A stretch of 64,000 nt of DNA, from positions 46,080 to 110,079 of the forward strand of contig CAXNIJ010000001.1 in NCBI GenBank assembly GCA_964202455.1. The letters run 5' to 3'. The position numbers were made by a program, and so were the translations under genes. Shown here one piece after another: positions 29,368 through 37,968 of the stretch. The stretch is from Candidatus Pacearchaeota archaeon. Its GTDB lineage: Archaea; Nanobdellota; Nanobdellia; Pacearchaeales; GW2011-AR1. Position 1 is the first letter of the stretch, and the number at the start of each line of letters is the position of its first letter. The notes beneath the pieces were generated by a model. The model saw only the letters and a list, made by a program, of their open reading frames with translations. It searched no databases and had not been told where the DNA came from.

Positions 29368-29731
29368 TCCAGGCAATAAAAGATAATCTTCGTGTACTTC
29401 TTTCATAATAACTTTACACAAATAGATGTTTTTAAAACTAACCAATATTCAAAGGGTTCGTTTAACTCCAATTTCCTCCTTCTCTGCCTCTGAATTTCAC
29501 TCAAGATTCATCTTCCATAACCCTTAAATACCAAGGTAATTTAGGTATATTAACACCTCTTTTCCCCAGAAGAGGACGTTTCATCACCTTTTTGATCGAT
29601 GGAGCCTCCTCTTATGGGTTTAATATTCTACGATTATACCTGCAAACAGCTGTTTACGAAACGTTTTTAAACAAACATTTTCTTAAACAGCTGTTCAGAA
29701 GGAAAAATATTCTTTCTCGCAAAAAATTACA

Positions 29732-31285
29732 ATGGAACTCGCTATATCGAAAGTAAGTTTAAAGCAACACGAAGGGAAAACTATTTCCCTAGCTGGAATT
29801 ATAGATAGCGTCGCGCAAACAACAGGTCCAACACTCTTTTCTCTTATAGACGGATCGGGAACACTCATGTTAAAAGGATTTGACGGCGCAGGAGTGAGAG
29901 CATTTCCACAAATAAAAGAAGGAGACACTGTAAAAACTATGGTTCAAGTCAAGGAATTTCAAGGTTCTTTAGAAGGGGAGATAATACGAATAACAAAGCT
30001 TGAGGGCCCGACGTCAGAACAACTTAGAAAAGACATAGAAGCAGAAGAAAGAAAACGAGCAACAGTTGTACCAATACCTTTCTTAGTAAAAAGCCAAATA
30101 CTCGATAAATTAAAAGAGAGATATATCCAGGCAGCTACAGAAATTCGTCTTGCAGTTGTGAAAAACAGACCAATTATAGTTCGTCATCACAATGATTGCG
30201 ATGGATACAGTTCAGGATATTCATTAGAAAGAGCAATTATTCCTCTAATTATTAAACAACACGGTGGAGGGAAAGCTCCTTGGGAATATTTTACACGTTC
30301 TCCCTCGATGGCGCCATTCTATGAGATTGAAGATTCAATAAAAGATACTGCAAATTCTCTTCGTGATGTCGCAAAATTCTCAAATAAAATGCCTTTAGTA
30401 GTTATTGTAGACACAGGTTCAGGTTCAGAAAGTCTTTTAGGCATTAGACAAGGAAAAATTCACGGGGCAGATTTTATAGTAGTGGATCATCACTTTTTCG
30501 AGGAAGACGTAACTTCTCCAGAAGTTTTAGTCCATGTAAATCCATTTGTAGTCGGAGAAGATGGGGCGAAGTTTTCAGCAGGAATGCTTTGCACAGAACT
30601 TGCTCGTTTTATTAATCCAGAAGTAATGGTTGATCATCTTCCAGCTTTATCTGGAATGGCAGATAGAATCGATAATCCAACGGTAATTACAGAATATCTT
30701 AAAATTGCAGAAAAGAAAGGATATAATAAAGAGTTATTAGAAGACATTGCATCACTTATAGATTATGTAAGCACAAAGCTAAGATTTATGGAAGCACGAG
30801 AATATATCGAAGTGGTTTTCGGCGACCCAATTGACAAACAAAAAGCGCTTGTTTCTCTTATGAATCCATTTATCAGGACTATGCAAAAACGCGGACTTGA
30901 AATTGCAAAGTCTACAGTCAAGAGAGAGAAAATAGGTCAATGTACCTTACAGTTACTTTTTGTAGAAGAAACATTTTCAAGAAATGCCTATCCCAAGCCA
31001 GGACAAGTTGTGGGAATGCTTCATGATTTCTTTCAAGAAAAAGAAAAGAACAAAAATGTAGTATCTATCGGAGTATTAAGCGATCTTGTAACTATTCGGG
31101 CAACAGAAGAGTCAAAATTCATAGTACACGATTTTCTTTCAGTTCTTCAGAAAAATGTTCCAGAGGCATTTCCAGAGGGTGGAGGACATAAAAGTGCAGG
31201 CGCACTTAGATTTGTTCCAGCTCAAAGAGAGAAGGTATTAGTCGCGTTAAGAACATACCTAACAAAGGTCCAATCAGGAAAGTAA
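29732..31285 (+). CDS. RecJ-like DHH-family nuclease with N-terminal OB fold
   Basis: RHHNDCDG, VDTG, VDHH, GGGH motifs. Confidence 0.88.
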   Translation: MELAISKVSLKQHEGKTISLAGIIDSVAQTTGPTLFSLIDGSGTLMLKGFDGAGVRAFPQIKEGDTVKTMVQVKEFQGSLEGEIIRITKLEGPTSEQLRKDIEAEERKRATVVPIPFLVKSQILDKLKERYIQAATEIRLAVVKNRPIIVRHHNDCDGYSSGYSLERAIIPLIIKQHGGGKAPWEYFTRSPSMAPFYEIEDSIKDTANSLRDVAKFSNKMPLVVIVDTGSGSESLLGIRQGKIHGADFIVVDHHFFEEDVTSPEVLVHVNPFVVGEDGAKFSAGMLCTELARFINPEVMVDHLPALSGMADRIDNPTVITEYLKIAEKKGYNKELLEDIASLIDYVSTKLRFMEAREYIEVVFGDPIDKQKALVSLMNPFIRTMQKRGLEIAKSTVKREKIGQCTLQLLFVEETFSRNAYPKPGQVVGMLHDFFQEKEKNKNVVSIGVLSDLVTIRATEESKFIVHDFLSVLQKNVPEAFPEGGGHKSAGALRFVPAQREKVLVALRTYLTKVQSGK

Positions 31286-31723
31286 TTAATTCTTGATCTC
31301 TAAAATTTTTATCTTAAAAAACAATTTTCTTCCAGCAAGAGGATGATTAAAATCTAAAACAATTATTTCACCTTTAACTTCAGCGATTGAAACTGGAATC
31401 TGTTTTCCATCTGGTGCATTTATTGCAAAAGTCATTCCAGGCGTAGGCTCGGGAGAAGCTGGCAAAGTGTTTCTAGGAACTTCTCGAAGTAGATCCTCAT
31501 CAGGCAAACCATACGCATCTATCGCTTCAACTTCAAATTTTTTCTCTTCTCCAACTTTCATTCCAATAGCTGCTTTTTCAAACCCTTCAATAACTTCTTT
31601 GCCCCCAATAGTAAATGTTAAAGGATGCGAATGATCTCCATGACTAGAAGAATCAAATATCTCTCCATTTTCAAAAGTCCCCTCATAATCTACACTAACG
31701 ATAGAACCATTTTTAGCAATCAT
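31286..31723 (-). CDS. slyD: FKBP-type peptidyl-prolyl isomerase (SlyD-like)
   Basis: VDYEG...FDSS, GFEKA..GMKVGE, DFNHPLAG. Confidence 0.93.
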   Translation of the reverse strand: MIAKNGSIVSVDYEGTFENGEIFDSSSHGDHSHPLTFTIGGKEVIEGFEKAAIGMKVGEEKKFEVEAIDAYGLPDEDLLREVPRNTLPASPEPTPGMTFAINAPDGKQIPVSIAEVKGEIIVLDFNHPLAGRKLFFKIKILEIKN

Positions 31724-31747
31724 TAAGTCAATGAATAAATGGTCTTT

Positions 31748-33481
31748 TTAATTCTTTTGACTATCACGATTTAACAAATATTTATGAAGATGTGAGAAAT
31801 AATCTTGTTTTTGAGAATAGGCGAGTCTTTCAATAATTAATTCTGGAGTAGAGTGTGCAAGTTTTCCGAGTACTGGGTTGTGATCCACAATAAGTTCAAA
31901 TGTTTCACTTAATCCCTTCGCTTCAATACCGTCTATTCTAGCACCCGGAGGGAGTCTATGTGCAACTTCTTGTCCAAGATGAGTTGCAAGAATGAGAAAG
32001 CATCCTTTTTCTATAAAGTATTGAGCAGTTGCACAAATAATTAATCCCGCAACTCCCGGCTCAGTCACTGATTCAATTTCATCAGCAAGAATTAAAGTGG
32101 ATTCTCCAGGTTTAACGCTAGATAATTGAGTCAACAAAGTTTCAAACGCGCCTTTACTCATAGAACCTTTATTTTTAGCGAAATAATAAATTTCTTCAAA
32201 TAATGGAAGACGTACCTCTCCATGAGTTGGTAGACCCATTTGAGAGAGAGAAACAAGTTGCAATACGTGCTCAAGAAGTGTAGTTTTACCTCCGCTATTA
32301 GCACCAGTCAATATAGAGCATCTTTTTTCAGGAGTAAGATGAAATGAAATTGGTTGCGCCTTTTCTATCAAAATATTAGTTGAAGAAGATAAAGAAAGGC
32401 CTTCTTCAAAAACAGGATAAGACTCAGCAGTTTTAAGATATTCATTAATTCCCCCTACAAAGTCTGCAATCAATAAAAGTTCAGCTAGATTAGAAAGTTT
32501 TTCAGGAACCTTCATAAGTAAAGTAGAATGTTTTCTTATTTCTTCTGCTAAAGAAGTGTGTGCAGATGCATTCTGTTTTTTCAAATATCTAGAAAATTCT
32601 TCTTCATTCAATGTAACTGGAAAGTTTTCTATAAACAGTTGTTCAGGTAAGCCAGTCTCTAAAATGGCTTGTCTTAGAGAAGTTTTAAGTCCGGCGGGCA
32701 AAGCAGATTTATGAAGAAGTGCAAGTAGTGCCTCTCCAGAAAGAGTTAAATTTTTAATTTGAATAGAAATTTTATCATTAACTTCAGAAATTTTATCTTG
32801 AATTTCATCATAAGATATTGTTTTTGTCAAATTAGATCGTATCAATGAAAGCAAAGGCGATAGTTCTCTCGCACATTGTGAAATATCCGAACTTTCTTCT
32901 TCCGAAGCTAATTTTTCTATTATATGTTTCCATCCAGAGAGTAGTCTAACATGTCTTTCAAGATAAACTTCTTCAATACTATCTAAAAAAATCGTCTGCG
33001 GGAGTTGCTCAAGCATTCTAGAATATTCTTCACAATCTATAACTTGAACTAGGTCATACCCTTCTAGAGCAGCCACATCTTGTTCATGAATTATAAATTT
33101 AACGGGACAATCTAGTTCTTTAAGTTGAATAAACGTTTTCTCATTTTCAGTTACAACAATAACTCCATAAAGAGGATTCCAAAAGGATTTAGGCGAAGAG
33201 AATGATTCAAAAAGAGAATTGTTTGCTTTTTTAGATATGCTCTTAAAAAAATTCTGTCTTCTAATTGATTCTTCAAAAGAGATTCCCAAAGAAAAACATT
33301 GCCAAAGTTGAGCAGTATCTTTAAACACGAACGATGAAGAAATTTCACTAATAACTCTATAATGTACAGACTTAGCATCGGCCGTTTTATATATCGAAGC
33401 AGAATGGCGTGAACTTTTCTTTTCAATTGAAAACGGAGACAACTCTTCACCTCTAATAAATGCAATTAATTCCTCCTTCAT
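31748..33481 (-). CDS. Archaeal MutS5/MutS2-like ATPase
   Basis: LTGANSGGKTTLLE, GAFE, LADEIESVTEPG, ATHL, RIDGIEAKGL. Confidence 0.85.
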   Translation of the reverse strand: MKEELIAFIRGEELSPFSIEKKSSRHSASIYKTADAKSVHYRVISEISSSFVFKDTAQLWQCFSLGISFEESIRRQNFFKSISKKANNSLFESFSSPKSFWNPLYGVIVVTENEKTFIQLKELDCPVKFIIHEQDVAALEGYDLVQVIDCEEYSRMLEQLPQTIFLDSIEEVYLERHVRLLSGWKHIIEKLASEEESSDISQCARELSPLLSLIRSNLTKTISYDEIQDKISEVNDKISIQIKNLTLSGEALLALLHKSALPAGLKTSLRQAILETGLPEQLFIENFPVTLNEEEFSRYLKKQNASAHTSLAEEIRKHSTLLMKVPEKLSNLAELLLIADFVGGINEYLKTAESYPVFEEGLSLSSSTNILIEKAQPISFHLTPEKRCSILTGANSGGKTTLLEHVLQLVSLSQMGLPTHGEVRLPLFEEIYYFAKNKGSMSKGAFETLLTQLSSVKPGESTLILADEIESVTEPGVAGLIICATAQYFIEKGCFLILATHLGQEVAHRLPPGARIDGIEAKGLSETFELIVDHNPVLGKLAHSTPELIIERLAYSQKQDYFSHLHKYLLNRDSQKN

Positions 33482-33519
33482 ATTTTCAGACAGAGCTTTA
33501 GCTTTAAAGAATTTTAGGT

Positions 33520-33803
33520 GATGTCAAGGAACTTGACGCAAACCACACCTTAAAATGCGTGGATTGTTCCTCGAGCATCCAAACATCGAGAACTCTGTTC
33601 TCGAGGCGTTCAGAAACAATAGGTTTCTGACGAAACGAGCACATATTCAAACCTTGGCTCATCAAGAATCGTCAAGAATCTTTGATTCTTGAGTGCCGTC
33701 AAAGATAAATGTCTTTGAGGCTAAGAAACTCTTCGAGTTTCGAGGCGCTCAGAAACTTTCAGTTTCTGACGTTTAAGTTAGGGTAGCGCATCGTGCTTTT
33801 GAT
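33520..33803 (+). repeat. Modular hairpin element, longest copy
   Basis: Conserved ends enclose hairpins at 33586-33604, 33610-33630, 33672-33692, 33699-33718, 33725-33741, 33749-33769. Confidence 0.85.
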
Positions 33804-33856
33804 TATTAACTTCAAATTTCTTTGTTTTTCCTACTTCCAGAGTCGCATTTTGAAAA

Positions 33857-34078
33857 TTATGCAATTTGAAGATAAAACCAATATCCGGTCATTATTGCTC
33901 CTAAGAATATAATAAAACCATTTATCCAGATTAATATCTGAAAAAGAGAAAATAAGCTCCCTAAGACAATTCCCAAGGACAAAATAAAGAAAATACGGAG
34001 GACTGGAGAACCCCTATCCAAAATTTTCCAAGGGTTAATATGACTCCAATCTATAAATGTCTCTCTTTTTTGTTTCAT
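33857..34078 (-). CDS. Small membrane protein
   Basis: 73 aa, two TM segments. Confidence 0.5.
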   Translation of the reverse strand: MKQKRETFIDWSHINPWKILDRGSPVLRIFFILSLGIVLGSLFSLFQILIWINGFIIFLGAIMTGYWFYLQIA

Positions 34079-34172
34079 GGAAACATAATATTTAAAATAG
34101 CTATTTAAGGATTATGGATTAAATTTACAAGAGTTGAAAGATTTATAATCCTTCAGATATTGCCTCTTTCAC

Positions 34173-34260
34173 GCCTCTATAGCTCAGCGGTAGAGCACCA
34201 GTTTCGTACCGATATATGCGAAGAAACTGGGGGTCGGGGGTTCAATCCCCCCTAGAGGCT
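34173..34260 (+). tRNA. tRNA-Thr(CGU) with 16-nt intron (34209-34224) at canonical 37/38; CCA not encoded
   Basis: Acceptor GCCTCTA/TAGAGGC, D stem GCTC/GAGC, anticodon stem CCAGT/ACTGG, T arm GGGGG-TTCAATC-CCCCC; bulge-helix-bulge TTCG/CGAA; TATA upstream. Confidence 0.93.
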
Positions 34261-34344
34261 TTCAATTTTTTCTTGAAGAAAAAAGCAAATACCGTAATAT
34301 TTATAAAACTCCGCTTTCTTCTCTGAAAATAAAAAAGGAACAAC

Positions 34345-34644
34345 ATGGGTAGCAATATAGACTTAAGAAAATTTGAAGATGTAGATAATATTCAAGATGC
34401 ATTCTCTAAAATAGTTTCAGGTGGAAAAGTGGGTTACAAGTCAGTAATTGAAAGAAAAAAGATTCCTCCAAAATGTGCAAAATGCGGTCGCGGAGGGGAT
34501 GAAGACCAAAAATTCTGCGCACAATGTGGGGGCAAAATGATCGTTCCTTTAACCAAATGTCCGGGATGTAAAAAGTCCATAGATGAAATAGAAAAATTCT
34601 GCACAGAATGCGGCCATGACATCGCTTCAGCTAGATTAAGGTAA
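34345..34644 (+). CDS. Double zinc-ribbon protein
   Basis: Four CxxC pairs (CAKC, CAQC, CPGC, CTEC). Confidence 0.85.
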   Translation: MGSNIDLRKFEDVDNIQDAFSKIVSGGKVGYKSVIERKKIPPKCAKCGRGGDEDQKFCAQCGGKMIVPLTKCPGCKKSIDEIEKFCTECGHDIASARLR

Positions 34645-34674
34645 ATTTATTAACAAACTTTTTCTTATATACCT

Positions 34675-36363
34675 ATGAAAGAAACAATTATCGCCCTCCT
34701 TGCAAAAACTCTCAAAAAAGAAGAGCAATTTGTAGCTGCGCTAGTAGAAGTTCCCCAAGATTCAACCAATGGAGACTATTCATTTCCTTGCTTTTCTCTA
34801 ACTAAAGAATTAAAAAAAAGTCCAATGGAAATAGCTCAAAATCTCTCATCAAATATCAAACTTCCTAAAGAACTAGAAAAAATAGAGGCCAAAGGCTCAT
34901 ATCTTAATTTCTTTATTAATAGAAACCTTTTAGCAGTGCAATCTCTAAAAGAAATATTAAAACAAAAAGATAAATACGGTTCACAGAAAAATAAGTGTAA
35001 AGTGGTCATAGAATTCCCAAGCCCGAATACAAACAAACCTCTCCATTTAGGTCATGCAAGAAACATAATTTTAGGTCAAGCAGTAACAAACATCTTACAG
35101 TTTATGGGGGATAATTTGCAAGTTACAAATCTCTATAATGACCGTGGCGTACATATTTGCAAATCTATGGTGGCATATGAAAAATTCGGAAAAGGAGACT
35201 CTCCAGAAAAATCAAAGAGAAAGTCAGACCATTTTGTCGGAGACTATTATGTCAAATTTGCACAAGAAGCAAAAGAAAATAAGCAGTTTGAAGAAGAAGC
35301 GCAAAAAGCTCTTAAAAAATGGGAAGAGGGTGACAAAAAAACACTCGCTCTCTGGAAAAAAATGAATTCCTGGGCATTTAAAGGTTTTGAAGAGACTTAT
35401 CAACTTTTTAATCTAAAAATAAAGCACAATTATTATGAATCAGATATCTACAATAAGGGGAAGGAAATTGTTTTTGAAGGATTAAAAAAAGGAATATTAA
35501 AGAAAAAAGAAGATGGTGCTTTCTTTATCGACTTAACTCCCCACGATATGGGTGAAAAAATTCTACTACGTGCAGATGGAACATCGATATACACCACACA
35601 AGACATTTATCTTGCACTTTTAAAATACAAAGAATTCAAGTTTGATAAATCCATATATGTAAGTGCATCAGAACAAAATTATCATTTCAAAGCACTTTTC
35701 AAAATACTCGAGTTGTTAGGTTATCCTTGGGCAAAAAATCTCATTCATTTAAGTTACGGTATGGTAAATTTAGAGTCTGGAAGAATGAAATCAAGAGAAG
35801 GAAACGTAGTCGATTCGGATAATTTAATTGCAGATATGAAATTAATGGCAAATGAAGAAATAGAGAAGCGCCATCAAGATATTTCAGAAAAAGAAAAAAA
35901 CCACCGTTCTCAAGCAATAGTCATGGCCGCGCTTCGTTATTATTTTCTCAAAGTAGATAAAACGAGAGATGTAACTTTTAAGCCAGAAGAATCTCTTAAA
36001 TTCGAAGGCGATACTGGCCCATATCTTTTATACACTTATGCTCGTGCACAAAGCATTCTAGAAAAAGCCAAGAAGGGGAAAAAATCACTTAAAATTCCAG
36101 CGCTAACCGATAAAGAAAAACAACTTTTTATACATCTAACTAAGTTTCCAGAGGTAGTTGCCTATGCACACTCTTCTCTAGCACCCAACTTTATTGCAAA
36201 CTATTCATTCCAATTAGCACAGTTATTTAACGAGTTCTATCATTCTCACCAAGTAATCGGCTCCCCAGAAGAAGCATTTCGTGTAGAACTCGTAAAGGCA
36301 TTTTCTCAAGTTCTCAAAAATGCACTATCTCTTCTAGAAATATCAACTCTAGATAAGATGTAA
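34675..36363 (+). CDS. argS: Arginine--tRNA ligase
   Basis: SPNTNKPLHLGH, MKSREG, GDTGPYLLYTYAR, C-terminal DKM. Confidence 0.97.
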   Translation: MKETIIALLAKTLKKEEQFVAALVEVPQDSTNGDYSFPCFSLTKELKKSPMEIAQNLSSNIKLPKELEKIEAKGSYLNFFINRNLLAVQSLKEILKQKDKYGSQKNKCKVVIEFPSPNTNKPLHLGHARNIILGQAVTNILQFMGDNLQVTNLYNDRGVHICKSMVAYEKFGKGDSPEKSKRKSDHFVGDYYVKFAQEAKENKQFEEEAQKALKKWEEGDKKTLALWKKMNSWAFKGFEETYQLFNLKIKHNYYESDIYNKGKEIVFEGLKKGILKKKEDGAFFIDLTPHDMGEKILLRADGTSIYTTQDIYLALLKYKEFKFDKSIYVSASEQNYHFKALFKILELLGYPWAKNLIHLSYGMVNLESGRMKSREGNVVDSDNLIADMKLMANEEIEKRHQDISEKEKNHRSQAIVMAALRYYFLKVDKTRDVTFKPEESLKFEGDTGPYLLYTYARAQSILEKAKKGKKSLKIPALTDKEKQLFIHLTKFPEVVAYAHSSLAPNFIANYSFQLAQLFNEFYHSHQVIGSPEEAFRVELVKAFSQVLKNALSLLEISTLDKM

Positions 36364-36385
36364 ACTTGATTAGTCAAAGAACAAT

Positions 36386-36466
36386 AGAAAAGTTTGAATA
36401 ATTCTGAGTTTATGAGGAATTTTCAAACTGATTCTTAGAGAAGTTTAGGCTTTTGCAAACTTCTCT
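36386..36466 (+). repeat. Two-hairpin intergenic repeat (family B), copy 1
   Basis: AGTTTGAATAATTC...TTTTCAAAC plus GAGAAGTTT...AAACTTCTC; homologous to 63517-63607, partial copy 37824-37853. Confidence 0.75.
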
Positions 36467-36552
36467 ATAGAATAATTCACTCAAAACATTCTGAAAATCA
36501 AGTGTAAATCAAGCACAAAAAACATTAAATACCCTTCAAGATGAATTAATCC

Positions 36553-36771
36553 ATGGAAATTGGATTAGTTTTACTCGGGTTGTCAGTATCATTATTTTTT
36601 ATCTTAGTCGTTTTAATGTTTGTTCTAGCTTTTCAAAATCCTCAAGATTCAAAAAAACTAACTAGATCAGTCAGAACCGACTTACAAAAAATTAAAGATC
36701 AAATTGTTTCAAAACCAAAAAGAAACAACTCAAAGTCTAAAGTTTACAACTCTTCAATAGAAGATCTTTAA
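36553..36771 (+). CDS. Small single-TM protein
   Basis: Hydrophobic N-terminus, basic tail. Confidence 0.5.
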   Translation: MEIGLVLLGLSVSLFFILVVLMFVLAFQNPQDSKKLTRSVRTDLQKIKDQIVSKPKRNNSKSKVYNSSIEDL

Positions 36772-36818
36772 AATTCTCCAAAGAATATCCTTATAAACCC
36801 TTTAACATTTGAAATAAT

Positions 36819-37075
36819 GTAGACCAGCCTGCGCGTTCGCCCCGCGCAATCACACAAACGGGCGTCATGGTGGGCTGAAAGGAGCGAGTGAGGCAAAAGC
36901 AATTCAGTCTTTTTTCGGACGTTGACGTTTTGTCCTGTTCGATCTTGCTCCTGTGAAACGGGTCAGGCCTTGATCGGAGCAGCCCTAAGCAGATGGCGAG
37001 GTGCTTACAGGGTTGCAAAGCCGAGAAAGAAAAAAGGGCACTGTGTTGTGGATGCCAAGCAAACTCCCCGTCTAC
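36819..37075 (+). ncRNA. ffs: Signal recognition particle RNA (7S-type)
   Basis: Terminal helix GTAGAC/GTCTAC, Alu domain with complementary loops CGCCC/GGGCG, helix 8 GGGT-CAGG-CC...GG-AGCA-GCCC at 36960-36985; TATA at 36791. Confidence 0.88.
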
Positions 37076-37127
37076 ATTTTCCTAAAAAAAAAGAAAGATT
37101 TAAATAGTATACAGATTCAAATAGAAT

Positions 37128-37760
37128 ATGAAAGAGGGTAGGATGAAAATTATTGGTATTTCAGCGGCGATAGTTATTCTAGTTGTTGTCGCAATTTATT
37201 TTTTGAGTAGTCCATCTTCAGTTACAGGCAATATCGTTAGATCATTTCCTTCAGCCTGCGCATATGTTGGCGACGCCAATGGTGACGGACGGCTATCCAC
37301 TGAAGACGTAACATTAATAAGATCATTTGTTCTGGGGACCGCAGTTCCAACATGGTATCAGACTTCTATTTCAGATTTAAGCAGTAATGGAACCTATCCA
37401 ATTTCAGTCACCACATTAGACTCCTCTCTTCTTAATTATTATTTAAACAATAGATCTAACACATTTTCTCTTTGCAGTAATCCTAACTTGTGTATAGATA
37501 CAGACTATAACTCTCAAAATTTGGACGGTGTGAATCCAAATATGATTGGATCCACCTATTATCAAAAAAATGTATCAGCTAGTTTTGTAGATCAATGTGT
37601 TTTATATAGCGTTGTTAACGGATATGGGACATACTCTCCAGCACCAGGCAATGTTTGCACTGGGGAGAATTGTAATGTGGATGAACAATTCTGTACATTT
37701 CATGGGAGAGCAACGGTAGCTAGATCATGTTCAAATTGCAACGCCGGAAGATGCATTTAG
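37128..37760 (+). CDS. Membrane-anchored protein with dockerin type I-like domain and Cys-rich C-terminus
   Basis: TM; GDANGDGRLSTEDVTLI and DLSSNG...TTLDSSLL EF-hand-like pair. Confidence 0.7.
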   Translation: MKEGRMKIIGISAAIVILVVVAIYFLSSPSSVTGNIVRSFPSACAYVGDANGDGRLSTEDVTLIRSFVLGTAVPTWYQTSISDLSSNGTYPISVTTLDSSLLNYYLNNRSNTFSLCSNPNLCIDTDYNSQNLDGVNPNMIGSTYYQKNVSASFVDQCVLYSVVNGYGTYSPAPGNVCTGENCNVDEQFCTFHGRATVARSCSNCNAGRCI

Positions 37761-37968
37761 TACTTCTTTCAATTTAATAATTATTCTCCACACTTTCCAT
37801 GACTTTATGAGAATAACAATTGTAGAAAAGTTTAGATTTTTACAAAATTCTCTCAAAAATAAATCTCCAGAAAAATTATCAAGTAAAGAGACCAGGGATT
37901 AATATCCGGAGACTACCTTTCCAGGACAATTCAGCAACATATAAAAACAACTATTATTTACTTTATCT

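Larger units (their letters stand above)
26086..29465 (+). repeat. Intergenic repeat family CTCTTAAAWCTTTCAGCA(+CAAAGAGTTCGTTTAA)
   Basis: Copies at about 26086, 27768, 28277, 28335, 28882, partial 29447, degenerate 24291. Confidence 0.85.

Noticed and set aside
24273..29465. Classical integron with attC sites
   Set aside because: The repeat is not an imperfect palindrome with RYYYAAC...GTTRRRY ends, and no tyrosine integrase is present.
21204..29500. Integrated provirus or plasmid
   Set aside because: No integrase, capsid, terminase or Rep motifs and no flanking att duplication seen.
33520..33803. CRISPR array
   Set aside because: No identical direct repeats with unique spacers; the units are differing palindromes; no cas genes in the window.
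36791..37107. ORFs 36791..37018 and 36922..37107
   Set aside because: They overlap the SRP RNA; spurious.
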